A program made the translations under genes and the position numbers. From Rhizodiscina lignyota (Eukaryota), in the NCBI GenBank assembly GCA_010015805.1, contig ML978123.1:682001-746000 (forward strand): DNA of 64,000 nt, given 5' to 3'. The notes beneath the pieces are model-generated. The model did not search any database and was not told the origin of the DNA. It saw nothing but the letters and a program-made list of their open reading frames with translations. Shown here piece after piece: positions 1 to 12,095 of the stretch (position 1 is the stretch's first letter; the number at the start of each line of letters is the position of its first letter).

Positions 1-880
1 ACAAGTACGCCCTCGGAAGATATGAGAAGAGCTTTCGCTAATGTAGATGCAAGACATGCATCGCAGCAACTCGCATTCTTGTCCAGAACTCGATCATGGA
101 TCAACTCATCCCTAAGCTTAAAGCCAAGTGCGAGTCGATATTCCGACGGATGGGTTCACCGAACACTGCAGAATGCGCAATGGGTCCAATGGTATCCGAA
201 CGTCAGCTTGATAATGTTGCCAAAATCGTGGATGAGGCCGTTAAACAGGGGGTCAGCATAGTTACAGGGGGGGAGCAGATGTCTGGAAAATCCCAGATTG
301 ACGATCAAGATTTCTCGAAAGGTTATTACTACCCACCGACTGTGTTGAACGACAGCCCGAAAGCGAAGATTACAGACACACGCTTGTGGAAAGAAGAGGC
401 GTTTGGGCCGGTAATTGTGGTGGTTGGCTTCGATTCCGAAGATGAGGCGGTTGCTCTTGCCAACGACTCAGAGTTCGGTCTTGGGGCGGCCCTGTGGACG
501 ACCGATCTATCGCAAGCATTTCGAGTCTCCGAACGTATTGACGCTGGAATTACTTGGGGTAGGCAACGCAATGTCTCCAATTATTACGTTCATTTGCCAG
601 TGAGCTGACTTTTCATGTTACAGTCAATACGCATCACCGAAATGACCCAAGTAGCCCTTGGGGTGGAATGGGTAACTCCGGTGTTGGCAGCGAGAATGGT
701 ATAGGTACGTGTCCGCTCGTGACAATCTCTCTCTCAATTCTATTCCACTGACTAGTCGCAGATGCCTACAACGCTTATACGAAGATGAAGAGCACGATCA
801 TCAACTACGCCAGCACTGAAGAGAGTCTTGCCAGTGACGACTGGTTCCGAGAAGATGGCGGCAGTGTCAGATATAACTAG
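1..880 (+). CDS. Aldehyde dehydrogenase, 3' part (5' end outside the window)
   Basis: Spliced reading (introns 5-53, 559-623, 705-761) gives Q|TCIAATRILVQ (catalytic Cys), EEAFGPV, ANDSEFGLGAALWT and PWGGMGNSGVGSENG. Stop TAG at 878-880. Confidence 0.93.
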
Positions 881-1258
881 ACATTAACGAGTATGTCGGC
901 AATATCACAGCAGTATCATGGGAGACCGCAGCCATTCAGTCATCTCCTCTAAAGCGGCTGCCTCTCTATCTGGCTCCCTCCAGTAGTTCCAGCAAAATCT
1001 CAATTTATCGGGAAGGCGTATCTCAGCTACCCTCAAACGCTTCCGCTCAGTGAAGTCCGTCTCAATCATTTCATTGTTATTATCTGCAAGAATCTTAATT
1101 GCGCGAACGTGTCCTGGAAGATAAATTTACAAACCAGTCACACTGTTACTGGCATTCTTGGTTCTCTTCAACCTGACAATTTGACATCGACTCATTGGTC
1201 ATGGAAAGCAACAAGCTGACTGCGTTCATCTATCAGTCCACTTTCAACAACCCATCTA

Positions 1259-2447
1259 TCAACCCTCAAGCGGCTGATCCTCATAAAACACTAGGCACCT
1301 GATCTCGACGCTCTCCCTCGTCGTGTCATCATGATTGGTAGGATCGGTGAACGCCGAATGCGGCACTCGTCGTGCGGTCTTGCCATCACGAATAGTATCG
1401 AAACATTTGATAAGCAGACACTCGCCCGGTTTCATACCGTCGACATAGTACCACTCATGCTCCGGGTTGTACTTGCAGTATAGAAGCTCGAAGCGATCAC
1501 CTTCTGTAAGAGTTGCGTATCGGTGTTGAGTAGGCCCGTCTTTAGGGGGAAAATAGACGGGGATGGGGATAAGGTCCTCGTCTTTCGCCGTTCGCGCATC
1601 GCACATAGCGAGGGGGTCCTGATTGAAATCAATTCAATTTTGAGCATTTTAAGGAGCCGGAAGTCTCTCTCACCTTGTGGACGGGTTTGATAGGTCGCCA
1701 GCAGTTGATGATCGACCAGCGGCTTTTAGCTAGCTTCGCAGCAAGTTCCGGTGGGTGGATGTTGTCGTCTAGGACCTCCCGTGCTCCGACCTCTGATTGA
1801 TCAATGTGGATAAAGCGGGCAGGAGTCACATCTTCGACCTCGGCGTTGTCATCAGCGAGAGACGCGTCAGACTTGACTTTGGCTTCGGCTGCGTCTCGGG
1901 AATTGTTTCTGAGAATGTGCGAGAAGACGACGACACGGCTTGCGCCGGTACTGTGATTACGCAAGAGATTAGCTGACCTTGAGATTGCACGACACTGGCG
2001 GTGTATGAGAAGGGCAAGGTCGAATTGGCAGACTAGGCTTACACTTTTTTCAGAAGCTCCTCTGTCTCCGGGTAGACCTCTCTCTTCACGAATTCTGTGT
2101 CTTGGAAGTCTCCTCCAACAGTGGGAGACCTATAAAACCGGAAACCTTGGGTATTAAGGTCAAATTGATCTTCTCTGCCTCTCATATTCTGGATTTTCAC
2201 GGCATGTTCGTCGAATTTGCGGCGATAATATCCCGCAGTGCCAGTGTAATAGGATGAATGGCCACCCTTTTCAGGGTCAAGGTAGTGATTCTATTGAAAA
2301 TGCTGGAGTCAGTTTACAAGAAATGTAACACGATAGCAGAAAACGTGGTCTCAATTCTCCGGAATGAAGTCCAGTTGCTTGGGAGGTACGTACCAAGGTC
2401 GTGTCAATGACCTTGTATTCTTCTGGGTAGATCGCGCCTGGTGCCAT
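1259..2447 (-). CDS. CmcJ/NvfI/AsaB (GA4-desaturase-like) family non-heme iron oxygenase, 4 exons
   Basis: Starts MAPGAIYPEE. Family motifs FDLNTQGF, YPETEELLKKVTGASRVVVFSHILR, FIHIDQS, WSIINCWRPI, DPLAMCD, VPHSAFTDP and RESVEIRCLVFY. GT-AG introns restore the frame. Confidence 0.88.
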
Positions 2448-3567
2448 TGTTTCGCAGTGCTGGTGATGCAATGGATTTCGCAGCGGTGATGAAGATAAGT
2501 TATTATATATTTGACAGATGACCCCGCGTCCCGCGTCATTTCAGCTTTGTCCAAGGAATACATAGTTACATATGTAACCTCGGTCATCCTTGAGCATATC
2601 ATGGAGTTGTGCCTTTCCTTCCGTGCCTCCTTGGCCTCCGTGTGGTTAGTGTGGGGAAACACTACCATGTGGGGAAATAAGCCTACGTACGTCAGGCCTA
2701 TCGTAAGGCGGACGCAGAGCGGAAGTGGATCTAGCCAATCAGATCTCACGTTCACCGTCAATGACGATTACCGCAATCGGAAGATGTGCGAAAAATTGCG
2801 AGCCTTTTTCAGTAACTATAACTATAAAGATACCTTAGTCCGGAAATGCCGTTTCGTACCCGCAATTGCTGAGGACCTTGCACTGGTTCTGGAACGCCTA
2901 GCGATTTGGGTGTCACTGCGGTGAAGACTGGACGCATCTAGCTATGTATGTGTAAGCTCGAGTGTAACTGTAACTGCGGACATAGAGCCAGATTCTGATG
3001 AAAATTGCATTATACTGGGCCCAATAACTCTTATCAATGACAAGGTATTCATTGTACGTACAGGAAAGCTGAATTCCGAGTCAACAACCTCAAGTCCGAT
3101 TTTGATTTGAGCCTCAGTCAGATTAAGAACACCATTCTTGGCCCCCTCTTCAAAATTATTCAATACCCATTGCTCTCCGAGACTTGGGAGCAGTTGAGAC
3201 TCCGAAATGGACGAATTTTCCGAATTCTCAGCAGTGATGAGGTCCCGTTGCAAGAGTCGGTGAAGTTGGAAAGTGCCATCAAATTATATCACGTGACATG
3301 AATCCCCTGAAAAGGCCGTCTTAGTCAGCATCCTCCTGCACCACATGCAGACGTATGTCGACGACGAAGAAATCTCTCAAACTTTCTGCTAGCGGTGAAT
3401 CCTCTACTGCTTACAATCTCTCATCGACTGAATCGAGCAACCTTATCATGCTTTTCATGCTACATGAGCACAGTGGGAGAATCGTAGATCGTGACCGTGT
3501 ATGATGCCTTTGAGGAGATTCTCATTAAGCGGCGTCACGAAAATCGGCGATTGCAGGGATCACTCAA

Positions 3568-5943
3568 ATGATGGCGCAATCAACATCTCACAGCAGGAGA
3601 CGTGACAAGCCGGTATTGAGCTGCACCTTCTGTAGAGGACGCAAGTAAGTCGGTCTCTTCTAGTGATGAATGGAACGTGTTAACTCTTGTAGACTTCGTT
3701 GTGACAGGCAGTCTCCTTGTAGCGCTTGTATACGACGCGGCAAAGCAGCAGAATGCAACTATAGTTCTTCAGAGCAAGAGCGAAAAGATGCTACCGACTA
3801 CAGGCCTCATACTAGAGGTCAGCAGGCTCGTCAGAGAGTCGCTCGCCTTGAAAACCTTGTTCTGGAGATGAGAGACATGGCGCAGAGCTCACGCCAGCCA
3901 TCGAGCGATATAACATCGCCAAACGTGGCCCTCAGCGACCTTGGATCACCACTTTCTTCTGCCGATAGCCATGTAATAGATGACACGGGCAAATTGAGTC
4001 TCACTGATGACCATGTAGTCTACACTGGCAGCTCTCATTGGGTCACAATCTTGGAGGATGTAAGTCATCTTCTGGAGAAGTCTGCTTTGAGTGACTGATG
4101 ATATTGCTAGATCCGCCGCCTCAAGGATGAGCTGTCCGAAGAGTACTCCAACAGCACTGCAAGTATCGGGCCGCCTCCACTTGATCCTGGCATGATGCGC
4201 GGATCACCAGCCACTAGGATCTCTCTGCTCAACAGTGCACCATGTCTTCCGAGAGAGCAGATTCTGGCCATGATGCCTCCGCGCAAGGTAGTTGATAGAT
4301 ACGTCTCTCACTTCTTTAATGCTTTCGACATGGCTCCTTGTAAGTCTTGAGATTAACCCTTGAATTCTCGGTTGCGTCTCGTCATCGGCTAACGCAGCAC
4401 TGCGGTCCGTCAGTCGTTCTACATCGGAGCAATTTTCTTGCAGAGGTGAGGATTCCGTGCTTTCACTCTTCGCCTATTTGCTCATTCTGTGTGTAGTACG
4501 CAAACTTTTGGAACAACCCTTCAGTCGCCCCCATCATGTGGGTCGGCCTCTTGTTCAGTATCATGAGCATGTCCGCGTTCCTCCAGCAGCAAGATGTTGG
4601 AGCTCTTGGCTTATCCAACGTGGAATCACAAGAAATGCTGCAGACTTTTCGAACTTCGACCATCCACTGTTTAGTCGCTGGAGATTATCTCCGGCCGAGC
4701 AAATATACCATCGAAACGTTGGTCTTACATTTTGGCGTTGACCAGAACGTGAATCTCGATACATCTATTGGCAACTGGATCCTGATTGGTGTCGTGATTC
4801 GGATCGCATTGCGCATGGGACTGCACCGCGATCCCTCACACTGGGATATTCGACCATTGCAAGCCGAGCTTCGTCGACGACTCTGGATGACTCTATACCA
4901 GATGGATTTTTTTACGAGTACACAAGTGGGGCTACCACGCATTATAAAAGACTCCCAATGTGATACACGCCCGCCCGCACACTTGTTTGACCAAGACATT
5001 GGCTTCGAGGATGATGCATTACCACGCGAACGGCCATTAACAGAACCTACTTCCCTTCTGTATCTCATCCAAAGGAATGTCATCATCAAAGTTGCAGCGG
5101 AGATATACGACGCAACTGAAGCAGGGCTTCCAACATCCGCCACAAGAGCTGCGTTAAGTGCCAAGCTTGAAAGCGCTATTGATTCCATACCCGCATGGTT
5201 AAAGTATAGATCACTCGAGACATCAATTGCCGACAATCCTGTCACGATACTGCACCAAATAACATTGGACATTCTCATACAAAAGGCCATCTATCTCTTA
5301 CATCGACGAAGCTTTGTTAAAGGTTCCATTGAAGGAGAAAGCACGAATTCCAATGAACTATGCATCAAAGCTGCCTTGGCAATTTTAGAACATCAACGAA
5401 GAATGAGCGAAGAGACTCAACCTGGAGGTCTTCTGTTCGGCATTCGGTGGAAGGCCGTCACTTCGCTTAACCATGAATTTTTGGAAGCCACGATGATGTT
5501 GTGTTTTGCTCTGAGTAGATCCAATGAGGGGCACGATGGTACCTCGAACACTGGCCCTCTACATAGGCGAGATGACATCTTAGAGGCTTTGACGCTTGCA
5601 AAGAGTCTGTGGGAGAGGAATGCCGACCAGTCAGTAGGGGCGCAAAGAGCAGCAAAAGCCATCACGACTGTTCTGCAGCAAGATTTGGACAAATCGAGCT
5701 CACCCAATTCGATCGCTCCAGATGGTGAGCATGATTTGATAACTACTCCATCAGTCTACTGATACTGATCACTTGATAGGGTTCTTTGATCAGATGCCAG
5801 GAGCAGCCGCACAAAGCTATTTCGGAGGGTTTGACTATGGACAGAGCATGGCTTTAGACCCCTCCTTTTTCACAGTTGACCATGACGAAGCGGCATTCGG
5901 AAGCATGTTGGACGACTTCGTAACTGAGCAGAGCCACACATAG
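3568..5943 (+). CDS. Zn(II)2Cys6 transcription factor with fungal-specific TF (middle homology) domain
   Basis: Spliced CTFCRGRK|LRCDRQSPCSACIRRGKAAEC across intron 3645-3692; YTGSSHWVTILED; IALRMGLHRDP...AELRRRLW. Stop TAG at 5941-5943. Confidence 0.93.
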
Positions 5944-6754
5944 CCTTTTGGGTCTTTGGGATATGACCTGCCCGACGAATATTTCGAATCCGCACACAGT
6001 CGTTCATACTCTTGAGTCCTAAGGTGAGCAGCTCTGACTATCGTTTTTCGCATAGCGGAGGGATAACAATCAAATGCTGAGTTGGGAAGTGAAGTGGGTG
6101 ACAAAATAGTTGAGCCGAGGCTGTAATATATCAATCCGCGAGGGTGTATATACTCGTTAGTAAATATAGGTTATATATACTAAAGCTACACGATTTTTAT
6201 AAATATACTCTAGTATTTATATAAACGAGGTTTCAGAGATGCTCTCGCATGTGCTGAAGAACAATACTTATTATTACTACAGTCGTTCAGGTTAATTGGG
6301 CTCAACTATTTTGTCACCCGCGTGGGAAGTTCTCCAGAATTTCTGTATATGCCCAAACGATGCGGTCGAATGCAGCTGCCTCCGGAACATAAAATAATGA
6401 CCGCCCAAAAGCACCAGCCACCCGAGCATACTATCAGTAGCCGTCTCTTGAGTCAGACCTCAGAAGCCGGATTGGGAGTTTGAAATTGGGACAGAGAGTA
6501 GCAATATAAGTTGAGTGGGTTATTCGTGTGATCACTATTGTACAGTTCTATCCAGACCTATTCTATGATTGAACTAATATATATACAGCAAACAAAGCAA
6601 CCGAAGCAAAGATCAGTCTCTCCTCCACACCAAACGATTCGTTTCCGCAAATCCAGTTATCCAAGAAACACCTTCAAGACCTTACATTCGCTTATATGGA
6701 TGAGTCTTTATACCAATGCCTCTCCCTATCTGTGGCAACCCCAATCAGGTCGAG

Positions 6755-8714
6755 CTATTGTGCATCGCTTGTTGCCTTCGCCTCCTTGTCGATCGAATCA
6801 CTCCGGCTCTTACCCTCCTCCATGGCTTGCTCGCCTTCAGCATTGTTGGGTGCAGGACTCTCCTTCTCCTTCTTGACGCTGCGCCACTCCATACCAAGGC
6901 CACCAAGAATGCAGAGACAAGCCATGATGAGGGCAACTCGGAAGCATACGCGCAGCGAGTCATTGTATGCCTCCAGAACTGTGGTGTGGAACTGAGCTGG
7001 AATGAGATTCAAGAGGCCGGTGGCGCCAGCGTTCTCGATTTGCTGGGGGGTGATGCTTATGATGCCAGCAAGACGTTTGGCCAGTTGGCCGTCGAGAACG
7101 TTCTGGCCAACCGAGACGAAGATGGCACCGAAGAGTGTCTGAGCGAAAAGCATGAGTGCAGCACCGATGGATACTTCGTCGCGTGGTAGCACGGTCTGCG
7201 CGGCCATGTTGGGAGCCTGAATGCAAGCGCCTAAACCCCAGCCGTACAAGATCTGGTAACCGATCCATTGGCCCACCGTCGTATCAATGCGAAGAGTTGT
7301 GAGCAGACCCACGCCGACCGCTGTGACGCAAATCCCGAAGATCAAGAAGGGAGTGTAATAACCAATCTTACCAGTTAGCACCCCAGTGAGGACCGAAGCG
7401 ACAACTAGGGCAAGGACTTGGGGCAAAAGGTGGATACCACTTGCGATTGCTGAATCGCCCATAATTCCTTGAAACCAAAGTGGAAGGAAGTAGACTGATG
7501 TTTTGGAATCAGCACGCGATGACATTTTCGTTTGAATAGATCGGACTTACTGATCAGCGTCTGGTGCGAGCCAAGACAACAGCTCACGAAGAAGCCGCTG
7601 GCAATACTGCGCTGGATGAAGATGCGCGGTGGCACTGTGGCTCGCTCGGGCTTCCAGATCTGGATAAAGACGAAAACGATCAAAAGGACGAAGGCGATCA
7701 CAAGTAACGCGATGATTCGCCCGTCACTCCACTAAATTTAGTCAGCTCCGAGGCTCCAAAGCAGCACAAAAGAGGCCGTGGAAGGAACGCAGGTCTGGTG
7801 CTTACACTGTAGGTGAAACCACCCCATTGTAGAGCCAGACACAGGCAGATTACTCCGGGGAGGAGAGCAATCAAGCCTTCAGCATTGAGCTGCAGCAGCT
7901 TATGTTTTAGTGTATCCGTGGTGTTCGGTCGACCTGGGACACGAAGCAAGAAAAAGACGAACACCATGACCACGCCTCCCAATGGAAGGTTGATGTAGAA
8001 GCACCATCTCCAAGTGACGTTCGTGGTAAAGGCGCCGCCGACCAGTGGGCCGAGCACTGATGAGATCCCATACACAGCACCAAAGAGACCCTGGTACATC
8101 GGCCGTTTCTCCAGCGGGACAGCGTAGACAATGATGGTGATCTAAAGCACCATGATGTGAGCAAGTTGGACGAGAAAGACGAAACAGCGCAGATGAAGAA
8201 TGGTGGTCAGGCGATAGTGCTTGATGAAGAGAAGGGATAACGCACGATGCCAGACTGAACGCCTCCGGCTCCCAGGCCGGCAATTGCTCTGCCAATGATG
8301 AAAGCAATTGAGTTAGGTGCCGCGCCGCAGATGGCCGAGCCGATCTCGAACAAGAGAATGGCTACCAGGAAGACGGCTTTGACGTTCAAGAAGGTGTATA
8401 ATTTCCCAAATACCAACAAGAAGGCGCAGTTGGTGAGCAGGTAGGCTGTACCATACCAGCCAATGTCATTCGACGTGTGGAAGTCGTTGGTGATGGCGGG
8501 TATGGCGGTGGAGATGATGAGTTTATCCTGCAACGAGGCTGATCAGCTTCCGCATGGTGTACTTGAACATACGCCTGGAGGAGCTTGCTCCTTGCTCACT
8601 TACCAAGGCCACTAGGAACATGCCAACATAGATGGAGGTCATAAGAAATGCGAGCCTGAAGCCCTTAGGGTAGGCGAAGTCGGTAGGATCTGTAACCGGT
8701 GCAGGCCCTGCCAT
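6755..8714 (-). CDS. MFS DHA2 (14-TMS) toxin/drug efflux pump, AflT/ToxA/MlcE-like
   Basis: [78 protein letters not shown] and MEWRSVK; multi-exon. Confidence 0.93.
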
Positions 8715-10035
8715 TTTGCCTTCGGTGATCGTTGTTCTCCTCGTGAATAATGTGTTGGTAGATGTGGTGGCTTTGATCCGATATCAAATCTCGTCGAGAC
8801 GTAGGCTTCTTTTCCTCTGATGGCGAGCAGCAAGCCAAAGTGCGAATTGATTAATACAAGGAAACAACGGGAAAGCTACTATTAAGCAAATATATATTAA
8901 AAGAGAGACTGTTATGAGAACGGAGCGTGGATCACGGAGGGTGGTCGCGATCATACATCGTGTACGGAGCACAAGAATAGTCAAACAAATCCGAAATATG
9001 TCGTGAATATTTGATAATAAATTCATCTCCCATACCGCTTTGATCTATGAATTCACTTTCAAGGAAACTGAAGCTTTATAATTTGCTGTGAGCCGAATGG
9101 ACCTCTTCAGATGATCTGAGTTACGGCGTGGCGCCACGCACTTTAGATGTGGCTGGTGACCGTCCGACCCTCCGTCGTCAAGCCACTATCTGCCCTCTAA
9201 CTACATCCGCTTGTGAGGTGAAGGCAAACCTTGAGAATTCTCATTTCGCTTTGCAGCCTGATTCCGAGTGGGCGTGAGAGCACTAGGCGACGGTGTCTCC
9301 CTACATTAGCCTTCAAAAGATCTGATATTCGCTCGAAGCTTCAGGTGGAGAGGTGAGAGAGATCCAGGCACGGCTTAGCATTGCCGGACTCGTGGCGGAT
9401 CGGTTCGAAGGGGACAGAGCGAAAGAAGGTGTAAAGGGGGTTGAAGACCTTTTCGAGGAAAGAGACAGCCAAATCAACAATAGTAAGAGAGTCGTTATCC
9501 GCAGAAGTTCAAGAGGAGGATACGAGTATCAGTCACTCTGGTGCAACAGTCTCCGCCAGGAGCATACTGTCAGGAATTCTGACAGCAGGAGCATATAAAG
9601 GAGCAAATTCACTACGAATAACATCAGAAGATCCTTGTAAAAAGAAGTTATTTAAGCACTTGCGCCGAACTGTCGAGAAAACAGCTGTGGCAGCGCAGCT
9701 GTATGCGCCGCGGAGACACGTTGATACAACATATCTGTGTAGTGTGCCAGAAATATGGCCGTATCCGAGTCTTCTCCATGTGACATACAAAGGCTTTGAC
9801 AGGACTGAATAATCAATCTTTGATGATGGAGTTGTCACTTCTTGTGGAGGATTTCAAAACTTCGCGGTCTAGACGCCAAGCCCAAAAGGCAAACTGACGT
9901 CGATCATCTTCAGCATTGTATAATCTCCACCACGAGCACCTGAAAAATGTAGACTTCCACATTTATAGCTAAGTAGAACGTCAAATTCATTCCTGACACC
10001 AGTTTCTATCCTGTTCGGCCGAAAACAACGGCACA

Positions 10036-10548
10036 ATGGGCCTCGAATTAAACCCAGATTCAACGCAGCAAGCCACCGGCTCAACAGCGACCGCAAAACC
10101 CAGCTCAGTCAACGACCTCCCCCCAGCAGCAGTGGAGCTCGCGACCAAGCTGTTCGACGCAGCGCGCGAAGGCAGCACCGCGCTCCTCTCGCAGTACCTC
10201 GACGCCGGCATCCCGCCCAACCTCACGAACCACAAAGGCGACACGCTCATCATGCTCGCGGCGTACCACGGTCATGCCCCCACGGTCTCTGCTCTGCTCG
10301 CCAGATCTGCCGATCCGAACGTCTTGAACGATCGTGGGCAGAGTCCGGTTGCGGGGGCTGTGTTCAAGGGATACGAGGGTGTTGTCAAGGTGCTGGTGGA
10401 GGGAGGAGCGGATGCGAATATGGGACAACCGAGTGCGGTGGATGCGGCGAGGATGTTCAGACGGACGGAGATGTTTGATGTCCTAGGAGTGACGGAGGAG
10501 CAGGCGAGAGAGGCGTTGCCGGGACAGCTTCCACATGGGCAGTCATAG
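10036..10548 (+). CDS. Small intronless ankyrin-repeat protein (170 aa)
   Basis: Ankyrin repeats NHKGDTLIMLAAYHGH and NDRGQSPVAGAVFKG; strong codon bias; good ATG context. Confidence 0.9.
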   Translation: MGLELNPDSTQQATGSTATAKPSSVNDLPPAAVELATKLFDAAREGSTALLSQYLDAGIPPNLTNHKGDTLIMLAAYHGHAPTVSALLARSADPNVLNDRGQSPVAGAVFKGYEGVVKVLVEGGADANMGQPSAVDAARMFRRTEMFDVLGVTEEQAREALPGQLPHGQS

Positions 10549-10832
10549 GAGTAGGTTGATGTCAAATGGTGCATAAAGTTGAAGGGCCAACAGGAAGGAA
10601 AGGGCATGATATGCGATGATTTACGAAAGGAAAATACGATAATGGACGAGTGACGAATTTCGAGAGCTCATTAAAGACGGGGATCACACCTGAACTTCAC
10701 ATGTACAACAGCAATTGAGAGTCTCTTCCGCAAAGGAATTTTGTAAGATATCACTGTATCTAGTCGCTACCATGCGACACCCGGGCATTCCAGAAAAGCT
10801 CAATCGCAAGAACTTGAGAGCACGAAACCACT

Positions 10833-12095
10833 TTACGCCTCCATCTCGATCTTCAAGAAGTCATCACCCGTTTTTGGCGGCTTCTCGTTCTTGAGCTTCG
10901 TCTGACCCATCTTGTCCGCCGAATACTGCTTCGCGTACGGGTTGAGCCTGAGCAGCACCTGCCTGTTGTTGAGCGGGTTCTTCTTCTGCACCATTGGCCT
11001 CTTGGTGACGGCACCGCCCTTGACTGAGCGCAAGACAGACTGGATCTCGGAGGAGTTGATGAGCGCGCCGATATCAGGCTGCTTGACGAGTGCAGATGGA
11101 AGGAGGAAGTCGCGCTTAAGGCTGGAAGCCTCGGTGGTGCTGCCGTAGATGCTGTCGAGAGCGGCGAAGGCTGCGGACGTCCAGATGATGAAGCGACCAA
11201 GGTGACCACCAGGTGCGAGTTGGAGGAGGTTGAGAGCGTACACCGAGGACGACTCGACACCTGGGATGTTGCGGAATGCGCGCACCAGATCCTTGCCATC
11301 CTCATCGGGGTTGTAGACGACGAGCGGTCCACGCCTCTGCTTGTGGCGACGACCTCGCAGCTTACCCTTACCAGCCCTCAGCTTGCGCGAATTCCTGACC
11401 TTCTCGACATCTGCACCAGCGCCGACGGCGGAGAGGAGCTTCAACGCAGCTTGGGTCTTGATAATGGCGTTGTTCGAGAAGGCGCTGGAGGAAATGACGA
11501 GGGGAACTTCAGGGACGGTGGAGACGTTGTGGCCGCGGGCCATGAGGAGAGCAGCGTTCGAGGAGGCAGCGAGGGCAGAGGCAGTCGCGAAGCGCTTCTG
11601 GCCCAAGCTGAGCTTCTTGTGCCACTTCCTCCACACCTTGGTCGGGGCGAACATGCGGCCAGAGCGGCACATGTTGCCAAAGGCTGCCTGACCCGCGCGA
11701 TGCGTACCACCGCCAGAGACACGGGGAATACGAGCAACAGCGCGGCCTAGGTGAATTGGGTCAGTAAAATGTATTCTTGAGAGATATTTCACAAGTGTCT
11801 TTGGATTATCAAAAGTGTCTAAATTCGACTTACCAGTACCCCAGGACTCAGCAGAGGTTTGATGTCCGGCCTTCTCGCTCACCGCATATGGCTGCCTCTT
11901 GTTCTTCGCCATACCAGTGTGCACCGATCTGTTTCATTGTGAGCTTTGCTTTGCGGATTGACCGTTGTCGAGCTGGTGTACTGACTGCACAATATCGGGG
12001 CGAATGGGGACCTTGAAGACATTGGGAAGCGGATGGGTGGCATCGCTAGCCTTGCCCTCGGCCGAGATGATCGTGACAGTAGGTCGAGTCGCCAT
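10833..12095 (-). CDS. RPL4: 60S ribosomal protein L4 (uL4)
   Basis: MATRPTV..., [50 protein letters not shown] and [15 protein letters not shown]. Introns 11929-11985 and 11747-11833. Confidence 0.97.

Noticed and set aside
9300..9860. Short ORFs on both strands between the MFS and ankyrin genes
   Set aside because: No recognisable motif; could be a relic but cannot be supported.
11747..11833. Box C/D snoRNA in the RPL4 intron
   Set aside because: No proper RUGAUGA box; the CTGA is the branch site.
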